NCBI GenBank assembly: GCA_002633005.1
Contig: NMRA01000706.1
Span: forward strand, 28,197-92,196
Length of the DNA: 64,000 nucleotides
Direction: 5' to 3'
From: Phoronis australis
Taxonomy: Eukaryota; Animalia; Phoronida
In this document: piece by piece, positions 40,001 to 52,000 of the stretch
Position numbering within the stretch: position 1 is the stretch's first letter
Layout of the letters: every line of letters starts with the position of its first letter
Program-made: the position numbers and the translations under genes
Notes under the pieces: model-generated
The model's input: the letters and a program-made list of their open reading frames with translations, nothing else
Told to the model about the DNA's origin: nothing
The model's database searches: none

Positions 40001-43000
40001 ATATCTCGGCTAGATGCTCGGAAAATGGATTTTGAATCACATTCGGAAAGCTTGTCCACACAGGAAACACATATGGCTTTTTTATAATTCCTTTCAGTTT
40101 TACCTTGGGGTTCCAAGGGTATTGTTTCTTTGTTTTACCTCTTGATGACCTAGGCACACGTTTCTCTTCCGTTGATGGGTTTACAAACATGTCAAATCCC
40201 AAGTGTGCAGTTTTCACCATATTTAGCCGTCTTCCATTGTCGTCATAGTCCAAAGACTTCCAAATCTTGTTGAATTCTCTTTCATCGCGTTGTAGGTTGG
40301 CGCAATAATTTGGACATTGCCAGTTAGGTATAGAATATGGTACATTCTGGTTGAACCAGTTAGGTATTGCAACTTGAGGATTGGGATTGAAACAAGAAGC
40401 TGTTGATGCCGAAACGTTATGAGGGTTGTTTGAATTGAATGAAGTTTCACCAATTTCTGAACAGTACGTGTTGACTGGTCTGCCTTCATTAATATATATG
40501 GTTCTTTGGTACGGTGATGTTGCCTTTCTTTCGTTCCTGTCAAGCTTCAGTGACACCTTCTTTTGTCTATAGGCCGATGAAGCACGTTTTACTCGTTGCA
40601 CCAAATATCTCCTTCTAATAAAATCATTATGCGAACTTAATGCTCTTGACAGATAATCAGCTTTTGATGGCTTCTTTCTAGTGCCTCTGCCAAGCTCCCT
40701 ACGGTCAAAAGTGATAGGGTGATCGGGTATGAACGCTTTCCTTTTTGTTGAAATTTCTTTTGTTTGATTCTTCCTATGTGCTTTCTTAGGGGATTGCATT
40801 TGCACCTTCTTTGGCAAAGGTGGCACCATCCTAGGGTGCTTTGTTAACCATACTGAAGTATTTGAAGATTCGACTGGCAATGAATTGTTGTAGTTTTCTA
40901 AATAACATTTACTCTGTAACTCGGGAATGGCTGCCAAGGAGGAAGCAGCTTGAACAGAGTCCATTTTTTTACTCTTGTCTTTATTGCTAGCTTTATTTTG
41001 CGGCTTCCTTATAAACTTTTTGCGGCGTTGACGTTTTTGAGAAGATGTTATATTCGCTGACTCGTTCTTTCGTTTTAGTGGTTTCGTCGGTGCGGACTTC
41101 TTGACAGGTGAAAAAATGCCAGTTGGAAAATCTGAGCAAAAATCAACAATACCATTGATAAATGGAAGCGATCTCGTCGTCCTTCTCGTATCCCGTTCTT
41201 GTTTCAACACTTTTCTACGAGGGGTTCCTACTTTGTTATTCATCGACTTAAATACACTGTCCAAATGATTGTCTGGGCAGTGTTCAGTTATCAAATTCTT
41301 TTTGGGAACTGTTTTCCTCTTGAAATGGGGCCTGTTCAAACTGTGTTTATAACTAATACGTGTTCTTTTTTCTCGGTTTTCTCCTTTTTGGGAGCTATAC
41401 AGGACAGTGCCAGTGGATGTAGTGGATGTCATTGAGGTTTCCGACAACATGTTATCAGAAAAAACAGCCACAACTTGTGAGGAACTGTCGTTTGCGATTG
41501 TTTTGTAACTTGACATATTCTCCTCTGAGTTGGCGCTGCCTTCCTCTGAACTTTCAGAACTACTTAGAGACCAATCACTAGAAAATTTGTCTGCACTGCT
41601 ATCTGGGGGTTGCGTAGCAATGAACCCCTTTTGTCGACCTTGAAAATCAGAGCTTGAACTTTGTCTTTTAGTAGACGGCGAGCCACTTGGGTTATTATTG
41701 CTCCTACTTCGTTGTCTTGTGCAACGCGCATGTCTGGGAGTCGGTGAAGCACTAACACTTCGCCTTCGCTCCGGACACTCCGGTACTCCAGGAAGGAATT
41801 GCCTATCACTTGGTAATGTGAGCAGAGACATGTCGCTGACGTGGTTCAAATCTTTTTCTGTTCCAATTCCAACAGAGACAAACTTCCGTGAACCACTGTG
41901 TGTCGCCACTTCCATCTGTTCTCTGTTCTCTTTGTCCGATTTCCCGTTAGCCTCGTCCTCTTCCATTATGACGTAGCACTTATTATTGTTCACAGTTTCA
42001 CTAGGTACAGACTCTTGCCCTTCTACTGAGGGTTTCTGAATTTCAAGGGCCACGCGTGAAATTTCCGACACGCCTTCACTGGTTACGGAGTCGTCCGACT
42101 GGTTTGATTTGGAGTCTGGTGATTGTTTCCATCTCGGGTCACTTCGGATTATATGCTCAGCATACGAGAACATGTCCATTTGCTTTTGCAATTCTAAACT
42201 TTCCGATTCTCTTGGAATTAATTTGCCGAATACGTCTCTTACGCTATGAAACCAATGACTGTTTGATTTTACTTCCTCTGGGTTGACCTTAGATACAGCC
42301 GAATTACTCTCCGTTCGACAGCTGACGTTTTCGTTTTCAAAGAAAAAATGTTCATCTTCGGGAATTACGTGCTGCTCTAAACGTAAAATAGCTCTTACCA
42401 AACGTCGAGAACATCCGTGGTTTTCTAGGGTTGCTTTTGCGACGCCTTTAAAGAAATTCGGTGGTATTTTTTTATTCGAAATTAAGTCGTAATAAGCTTT
42501 GGTGAAGTTCAATGCATCCTGAATTAATCGTCTTGATGAATATTTGTTTTGTTTAATGATCCGCTTTCGCCAGAGTCCATGTTTTGCAACCCAGTGTCTG
42601 TTGTGGTGAACACAAGCAAAATGGGGCATTCGTACTTTTTGGCCTTGCAACGTTAAAGCCCGACGATTATCTTTAGTTTCCCTTGTTATGTTATCCGGGT
42701 CATACAAGATTTCCCCTGTGCTTCTGTTACTGACTACTTTAACATCAGGATTTAAAGTGGACGAGCGAGGTTGGAGGTTGTGGACCATCTTTTGAACGTC
42801 CGGAATTCCCAGACTACTGACAGTGTCCCGATAAGTGGAAGCCTCCACTTTCATTATTTTCGGAATGTCTGCCCTCCTGTGGATGCGCCCAACCATAGTA
42901 AAATCGTTGTGAGTGAAATCCGGCTGCTCGTTTCGAACGATTGGTTCACCTTTCAATGTCTCCACGGTTTTTCTCCAAAAACGATCATAAATTGAGATTT

Positions 43001-46000
43001 TCTTCCTTCGGTAAATACCCATGTCGGAATTTGACGCGCTCTTGAATACTTCCACAAGCTCCCAGTCGTTTTTTAGCTTGTCAATATCGACATTGGACTG
43101 TCTCTCCTTCTTCCAGACCTCTCGCTTTATTTCCATGAGTTGTGGATCGTCTTCTATGCCCCCGTTTTCGTCTATACGTACTCGACTGTGTCGGCGTAAC
43201 TTATTTTTTATAGCTGAAACTGCCGATGATACAATTTTGGAAGGAATGAACATGCTTCTGTCTGGGTATATGATAACGCTGTCATCAGAGTCTCCATGGG
43301 AACTGGCTGAAATGAACGAATTTGTTTGATTTATGTTGCACTGAAATTACGTGCGTCAACGAAATTTTGTTATCAATAGCAGATAGCAAAGTGCACAACT
43401 AAAAAAGACATAGGTACATGTATTTAATTGCAGTAATAACAAAACAAGATCGGGACTGGTGTAACATTCATAAGTGGGTGTAGCGGAAGCAGGGTTGAAT
43501 AAATTTCAGTGTAATCGAATATTAAGATTTTCATACATGTTCCACGAACACTCGTCATAGCTTTTGCGATTTCTTTACAAATGCATTTGTCTTTCAATTC
43601 CTCTTTTACGGCGCTCGTTCCCTCTTCAATCTGGAAGAAATAGCCCAGACATCTCAAAAGATAAAGGAAGTATTTCATTATATGCTGAAAGCGGACACGA
43701 ACAGCCAAAACAAATTCACGCTTTGTATTCATAAAATACACTTGCGGTATCCAGTGGAAGCCCATTTAAAAAATCAATTAGTGACTGTTTTATTTCGACA
43801 TATGCTCGACTAAACTGGGCAATAGTACTGTCACGTGCTGTAATTCGTACCAAGTTTGGCGGTGTCTGGTTAAATTCTTTCTAAGTATGCAATGTAATTG
43901 TACAAGTTGTTAAGTTATGCATCACTCTGTAAAGCTTAGTGGGGCCAGTCCTTATCAAGATGTGACGTTTCGCCATCTTAACCATCAAATATGAGTCAGG
44001 AGATATTGTACAGGTTATTACTTGGAGTGGTAAATCGTACATTCACTGGCACCCGTGGCATAAGTAGAATCTACCTCTCGTGACGTGTAAAGGTACGCGC
44101 CCTATCAGTGATGAATTTGCAGTGTCAGACATTACTCATTTTTAAATCAGTGCATTTTTGTGATTTGAAAGGACTCCAGTTTCGCTAATTGATGCGGCTG
44201 TATTCTTGGTTTTCTTTTTCGAAAAGACTGTTTAGAGTTAAAGGCAGCAGGGCTACATTTTACTAGGGAGTTAGTTTGCCACGGAGAAAATACCGATCCG
44301 CCACCTTACGAAAGATGACTTTTACATGACTTCCAATGGGGATGAATAAAAACACTGCGAGAACATCGTATACTAATGTTTGTAAAAGATTTTTGTTTGA
44401 AAACTGGGCGGACATGAAAAGACTAACGCATTTCTTTTACAAATATCTTAGTCGAAACACGAATGTTCTAGTGTGCTCGAAAATGGCGACCATGTGACGA
44501 GAATGATGACTCGGATGGAATGAGCTCCGATACCTACCAATATGGGCGTAGGTTTCCTTCCTACCGCTTTATCAAAAGCTGTGGTAACTAGTTCTGCGAG
44601 AGTTTTTTCCGGTCCTTTCTTAGTCCTCCAAGTTTTCGTCTGCGTCTCCTGGTCAAACATGTCCGCCCAGAATGGTGGCTCCTCCTCACGCGCTGGCACA
44701 TCTAATGATGCCAGGGCGGTTGCGTCCACTTCGACGTCTTTGAATTCCCTTTTTTCGGGTGAATCCTCGGAATCAGCAATTGCCTATGCAAATGTATCAA
44801 GGACTATTGCGAATTAGACATTTCCAAGTTGCCCCTAAGAGTTGTAAGACTTAACAAATGTTGGAAATGACTTTCAAAACACTACAATCGACCCAGTTCG
44901 TGTGATTTTTTGTTTGACATTAATGGAGGAACGATTATCGAAAAATGCCCTAAGCCCACTGATTGAACGAGCGACGTGAAAGATTCATTTTTTTAAATCT
45001 ACACGGTGTCCGAAAGTAGTTAAAAACGTAGATAGGGTTCAAGTATTAACAGAAAAGCCTTGCCAAAACCAATAAAATGGCATGCTGAGAGATGACATTG
45101 AAACAGTCTTCGTAATAGTCACCCCCGAAATCAACTGATTTTATGACAGACATTTTTTGAGGTTGGTTGAATCAAATCCGTGATTACGTCCAGAAGCAGC
45201 ACGTGCAGTAATGTTGATGATTAAGTGGACATCAAAACACAGAAAACTATACTAACGCACTCAATATCAAATTTAAAACCGCCATACAGTAGTAGTTCTA
45301 GACTTAAACTGTAGCACTCGTGTTGCGAACTTGTTTATTCTTAAGTTTTTTAAGATTGCAATACTTCTGTTTAATGAGTACATCTCGGTACGCAGCAACA
45401 GTGTGGCATGTTGTCTGACTTGTAAACAAAAGCAAATGACGACCGAACTTGTTACAGCCGAGGTATAACAATGACTGACTCGACAGCTCTCACGGTCACA
45501 CTATATCAAAAGAAATTGACGCGAAATTCTTGCCTCCCAAAACGTCACCTGCGGAGTAAATGGTGAATACTTAATTAAATTACTAAAAGCTATACTTCAG
45601 TGAAAAAGATGTCTGGGATAATAAAAAAACCTTGTTTTTGCTAAAAATGACATGAAAAGTTTGCCTTGCCCTTCAACAGCGTTTGTGAGAGATATCGGCA
45701 AGTTTTCATTTAAATAAGGTTTCATTAAAATCGACCAAATTGTGTTTTAGTATTGTACCGTTGCTGAAAATGAAAACTTGACCTAAAGAGAGCGGCCACG
45801 TTATATTGACGATGGCACGTATGTATAAAGTGTATTTTTATAATCTATCATCTTTCTACACATACTGAGTTACAAAATATACTTTTATAGACATTATGTT
45901 GAATGCACACATTTTGTCGATATGGTCCTACATAATATTAAGCTTGGCTTAATAATAATTTTAAAATTTAAGTTCACATTGCGCAGGTTGTTAAGTTCAC

Positions 46001-49000
46001 TTACATGTATTTGAATTCATGCTATTACCTGTGCTCTTTTACGAAGTCTCCTGTAATATTCTCCCATTATAATGGGGTGAAAGAAAATTTTAGTCAGCCT
46101 GCCAGGTACATAGTGCCGGATGGACAAGTGACGTACTATGCCCTCCCATACTAGTCCGATGCCGAAAGACAACACAGACAGTACGAGGAAGCTCGTCCAC
46201 AAGGCCTTCGATGAAAAAGCAAACTGTTCCCACACCTCGACGCGTTTATCTTCCATGTTGGAAATAATCTTACTCATCGACTGGGTAGAGCTGAGTAAAT
46301 AGGCGTTCAGGAATAACACATTAGCTACTATGCCCATCAGTAAAGTAGCAGCGGCAAACCGTGGAATACATGTAATTGTGTGGGTGCCGGAGAAGATGTT
46401 TAGCCAAAGGTGATACTCAAAGAAGCGCTCTATAAAACACCTTTGGAACAACCTGAAAATATTCGTTTTATCTTGATAGTTGGTCGAATATTGGCATTTC
46501 TGATACAGCGCAGAGTAGCGTGGATGCAACACCAAACAATAACCTAATTCATTACTTTAAGTGGACTGTTGGTCAAATTCTAACTTGGCAACACGTAGCC
46601 ATTGCCATTATCTTCACCAGCATCACCATCTGCCTCAGCGTCACTATTACCATCATATTCATCATCATATTATCATAACCACAACGTCTACAGATGCCAG
46701 TGGTGATTGTGATGGTGGTGGGGGCGGCGGCGGTAGTGGTAATGACGATGGAAATGTTGGTGACATTGGTGATGACAACCATCTTCGCAATCACAATAAT
46801 CACAATCAGCTTCGATATTAGCAGTGAAATGTTCGATCTTAAACACCTGCAGTATAATTTCCCTTAGGTCGTATTAGCCTCAATATTTTTGTCAGCCTCT
46901 TGCCTCATAAATGCTATTTTATTATCCTCATGAACATGTAGGTGGTGCACATCTTTGTGTTCCGTCGAGGTGCGAATCCACTTTTGAGCGGGGAAGTAGA
47001 AATTGGCCTTCGTCACCGGATCATACACAGTGATATCACAACAGTACCTACAAAAAGTAATAGACCGGGAAGACCAATAGTTGGGAATATCGTTTTATCG
47101 AGGAGTGCTGTGATTGCAGTGAACAACAAAACGTCGGTTAAAATACAGAAACGTTTTGAAATTGTATATACTGCAATTATTTTAGTCAGCGGCACCATTT
47201 GCTAGGATATCACTCTAGAGAGCACATCAGCAACCCATTTCTTTAAGTTTTTGGAGTGTATGTTTTAACTGGTCTGCGAGGAGAACAGCAGCCTCCACAG
47301 ACGGTTTGACCCAAAGAATGACAAAGTGAGAACTTAGGATTTACAGGTGAAACTTCTAGCTTCACGTTCAGTCCTTACTAAAAAACAGAATGTTTGTAAT
47401 GAAGGACTAACGTTATTTGCTGTAAACTACACTCGTCGCCTGCGCCGTGAAATTACAAAGAAAAGCGGATTTGAGGTTATTACTTTGCTCAAATGTCGAA
47501 GAAAATAACAAACTTCAGCACTAATGGGCATGGTGCAAGCACGCAGGCAGGATTATAAAAGTATTTCAAATTTCTTAAATGTACAAGCATTTATAAAAAA
47601 GTTAGTCCAAAAAGTGAAGACGCTTAAGCCGTGCTAAATACTTACCTTCCGTAAAAACTGATTTTTAAGTTAAACCACGTACCGTTACAAAACCGGAGTT
47701 GGGAATAGTTTACAATTCTTTCTAGGTTGAAACCAGGCTTGTTACATAAAATAACCAGTCTGACAAGCTAAATTGCTAAACTGGCTCTCAACTGATTGCC
47801 ATAATAAACTGTCATTTCTTTGCAATCCCGGAAATCGTTAATAATTTGAAGAGGGAGGAACTGGAGATTAGCTACATGTGTATATGACAGTATGGGAATG
47901 ATTAAACAATCGCTTGTGACAGATGCCTCTTTAAATGATAACAACTGTACAGAGAGCCGGAAAATGTGAGTTATTGTTACGTGTGTGTATATGGACAGGG
48001 GTGTACTGTGTGATAGTGCCTCTGAAAGTAGCTGAACTCTTGATGGTACTAACCAGTCAGAAAATCCCTTTGCGTCCCCGTAGTTTTTAACTTCAAGTTT
48101 CAGGATTTTTCCCAGGCTGACTGAAATATAACCGAATAATTATACGGAAAACAGAATAAACTAATACCTCATGTACGCCTCTTCAAACTGAAAAGCAATT
48201 ACGAGTGATAACACCACAGCAGTGTGCTGTTAAATGCACAGTTGGTAAAGCGGCGAAAAACCCGTGCTTTCTATCAAAAACAAGTTTTGGTAAATGCCAA
48301 AATGGGTGTGTTATTTCGTACTAAGTTTAGAAATGATCTTTGGGGCTTGTGAAGGAATAAAGAAATGTCTGAGGGAATCTGTTCTGGCTAAAGAACAATT
48401 TGAGACCATTCTCCTAAAGGTGTTTTTGGCAGAAAAGACGGTTAAATGTCGCTTTAAAACGATAACTTAACACGATGTCATCGGGTATATCAGAAATGGG
48501 ACTGTAAGAGTTAAACATTTTCAAAAAAAAAATTCAACAAATTTCCTCCTAAATGGGTTATGGTGTTCAGGGAGATTTTTTTCGAAATTAGTCATTCGGT
48601 GATTGAGTCGACACTAAATGGCGCATGATTTCACCAAGCCACCAGTGCTCACCAAGCTCCTTGACGTATTCATGTATATCGGAGGCAGGCAGATATACAA
48701 ATTCACAAATGACTTATTTCAGACCAAGTACGAAACATATCGACAAGGACATACAAAAAGCTGTAACACTGTTCTTAACGATACAGTATGCCGATCAGCT
48801 TAGGGTTCTGTGTCATGGTGCAGCCACAAATGTATTGCGTGTCGTTTTTTCACAAGCACACGTATATTGCGCATGTGTCGGCGTCTGATAGCACGGCATT
48901 GTATAAAACAAGTTCATTTAATTAGTTCATACCACTGGGAATAAAATGCCAATTGTGCGATTGCACGCCCGACTTGGATAAACTAAAGCAAAATTGAAGC

Positions 49001-52000
49001 TACTTTTCTCGACGTTTAATTTTCTCTTGGCAACGATCATTTGTCACTGGAGGGTATTGCCAGCGGGTGCCGTCCGTAATGTGAGGCTCTTGCGAGTTCT
49101 GCTAAATCACGCACTCAAGAGAAAGGATAGTTTTTCGCGAATGACCTTACGATTTTTCATTGTACTAATGCGAAAAGACATTCACTAATAACAGCTTATT
49201 TTTTAATTTTTATTAAAATGGCATAGGCAAGAAATTGAATGTCTAACCTTTGTATTAATATGGGGCTTTCCACTTGAAGGTGGGCAAAGAGCGATTCCTC
49301 CTTAATATGTAGAGGCCCCACCGGAAGGCAGCCAAGGAGCAAAGGGGAGATTCGCTCTCAGGCCGCCTTCCAGTGGGGCCTTTAAATTGATATAGGCGGC
49401 CCACCTTTTGAAGCCCGAAATTCAATTTCTTTTTCATGTCATTTTAATAAGAATAAATCATTTAAATAATAAGCTGTTTGAACACATTCGAGGGCGAGGA
49501 TTTACCTTTGAACTAAAAGAGAGATGTGTAAGTCAACACACTACATACATTTCGCTAGGCAACATTTCTTCCTTTCTACCTAATCCCCATGTCTCTATTT
49601 CTCTCCTCCTTGTCTTTCCCTCTTTCTATCTCTCTACCTCCTCCCTCCCCCCTNNNNNNNNNNNNNNNNNNNNNNNNNNNNNNNNNNNNNNNNNNNNNNN
49701 NNNNNNNNNNNNNNNNNNNNNNNNNNNNNNNNNNNNNNNNNNNNNNNNNNNNNNNNNNNNNNNNNNNNNNNNNNNNNNNNNNNNNNNNNNNNTCTCACGT
49801 AATCTCGCGAAGTCTTGCTTTTAGCGAGGTCCTAGCGTTACTGAACGGGAGGCAGTTATCTATCCCCATGCGAGGCAGAATGTCCACCAGAATTCCGTAC
49901 CTTCTGTGAAAACAATGAAGACGTCGCGGTTGCCTATCTGAAGCGGGGTTACATTGGGGCGAGATCGGTGCTCTGGATCAAGCGGCTCGTAGAACTCATG
50001 CAGACTATACCATCGTGACACCTGCTTTCCTTCGCCACACAAACGTATGCTAATTTCTGTTACAGTGGATGAGCCTGGTTCAAAGATCCATCTTTAGTCA
50101 GAAGAATTCAAGAGGCAGTTTTATCTGTTATGTAAATTTGTAGCATGCAGTTTGTTCATAAAATTTAAATGTGAAAAATTATTTGTCATTTGGATGTCTT
50201 AGCAATAAATGTCCTGGCTGACTCTCGGATCTAGGACTTTGTGAGTAGTGCACAACACCATTTTTCTAAAGAAGGATATCCGTCTCTAAAATGGTGTGTA
50301 GGGTGAGGGAAATTGCTGCGTTTCCCTATATCTGCCCATGTAACTCTCGTCAAAATTTGCAGTGAGGGAACGTTAAGACGTTAGTGGCCCTTATGCGGCA
50401 GTTGCCACCTTCAGGTCAAGCTTTACTCTAAGGTCACCGTCGCACTTACCTACGTTTTGTACACCGGCTTTGTTGCTATTTGGTAGTAAGTCCAGAGAGT
50501 AGTGCGGATTTTTAGAAAAAATCCCTTATTCAAAATTGCACAGCTCGCTTGCCAAAGAGGGCAATGAGTTTTAATAACTCTGTATTACTTTTCAATACGT
50601 AATTCATGCCAGCGTTTTTCAATATTATCCAGCAAATATCCTATTTGTTAGCAATTAGCAGGCAAGAACAGCGTCAAAGAACCAAATGGATGTAGTAGAC
50701 TGTCACTTTTGGTTTTGCAAAATTCCGATGATTACGTGGTACATGTAGCCAACGTTTGAGAATGAAAAGAGAGATACACTGTACTTGTGTTGTAAAAATA
50801 GGACATACACGTATGCATATAATGAAATAGGCATCAAAGGTCTGTTTTATTAAAAAAACATTTAAGATTGAAGACAAACTGGTCTTGCGTTTCACATGCA
50901 TGTATTACTTCTGAAAAATAATTAAATCTCATGTGAGCAACCGTTGTAAAGTCTCTGAGAATGTACACGCAAGTGCTTGTTAATAAGCAAATTACTGCAA
51001 ATTATTTCTAGAGTTTGTTGTGCTCATGATTACTTTGTTAAACCTTTACTCAACAAAATCTCTGACAATGTACTCACAACTAGGAATTTATTGAAATTAA
51101 TAGTTACCATAAATTGTTTCTTAGACTGTATGCAATCATAAGTACATGGCTGAAGCTTAAATATGAAGTGTGGGCGTAAGACCCACTTTCTGTTTTACTG
51201 TAAGTCTTAAATCACCAACAGAAACAGACCCCAGGGTCACTACATAAACACAAGTGTGGATTGTGCCCGGTGAACAATCGAAAACGCCCCAATGGTGTAA
51301 TAGGGATGAATTGGGTGGTGAATCCCAAACATGTACACTGTTATGTGTAGTAAGTCAAAATTCGAGACCTTTTGACGGTGTGGTGGGATGTGAAGCAAAC
51401 CTTTCAGCGGCTGCAATGTCCACCAAATGCGGGGCTCTGAAACTAATGCTAACCATTGAACCTGCAGCAACCGTGATCACAAACAAAAAAAAAACACTCA
51501 CCTGGCCAAGCCCCTGTGCGAACGATTAGAATGTATGGTACAACCTCACATTGGCCTTTCTTGAGTGGAATAATGCAGCTCTAGTTGAAAAGACAGAATT
51601 CAAAAAACCTGTACTTGAGGCTTCTTACGTTTTCCTATGGCCATTTAATGTTTTGTTGCCTAAGGTGTCTTGTTTAACGTACTCTTGCGTTCGCCGGATA
51701 AAAAAGCTTCTATGAATGTTAATGAAATAAATTTAATCAAAACGTATTCCCAAATGGCACTCTTTTAACTTAACGTTGGTTTTTATCGTAATAGACAGTA
51801 ATTAATAAAGAATTATAGGCTTAATTTCTGAATTGCTTTTGGTGCATCGAGGGATGGGGCTTCCGATTGGACAAACGCATTCTGTTATTCAAACTGATGA
51901 AAGTAACGGCATTTACGAGTCTCAACCATTCGGACAACATGTCATCAATTAGGTGTTGTTCGAAAATATTACGCAGGAATGGTAAAACCACTGAATTTAC

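Noticed and set aside
12459-43329. Many short plus-strand ORFs overlapping the large exons
   Set aside because: They are antisense shadows of minus-strand coding sequence.
47013-47198. Hydrophobic 61-aa ORF as a TM segment
   Set aside because: It is mostly the intronic polypyrimidine region, and the real exon E5 is in another frame.
51240-51470. 76-aa minus ORF as a PLAT exon
   Set aside because: It would need a 40-65 nt intron and a weak donor. The exon at 50074-49901 gives the proper PLAT continuation.
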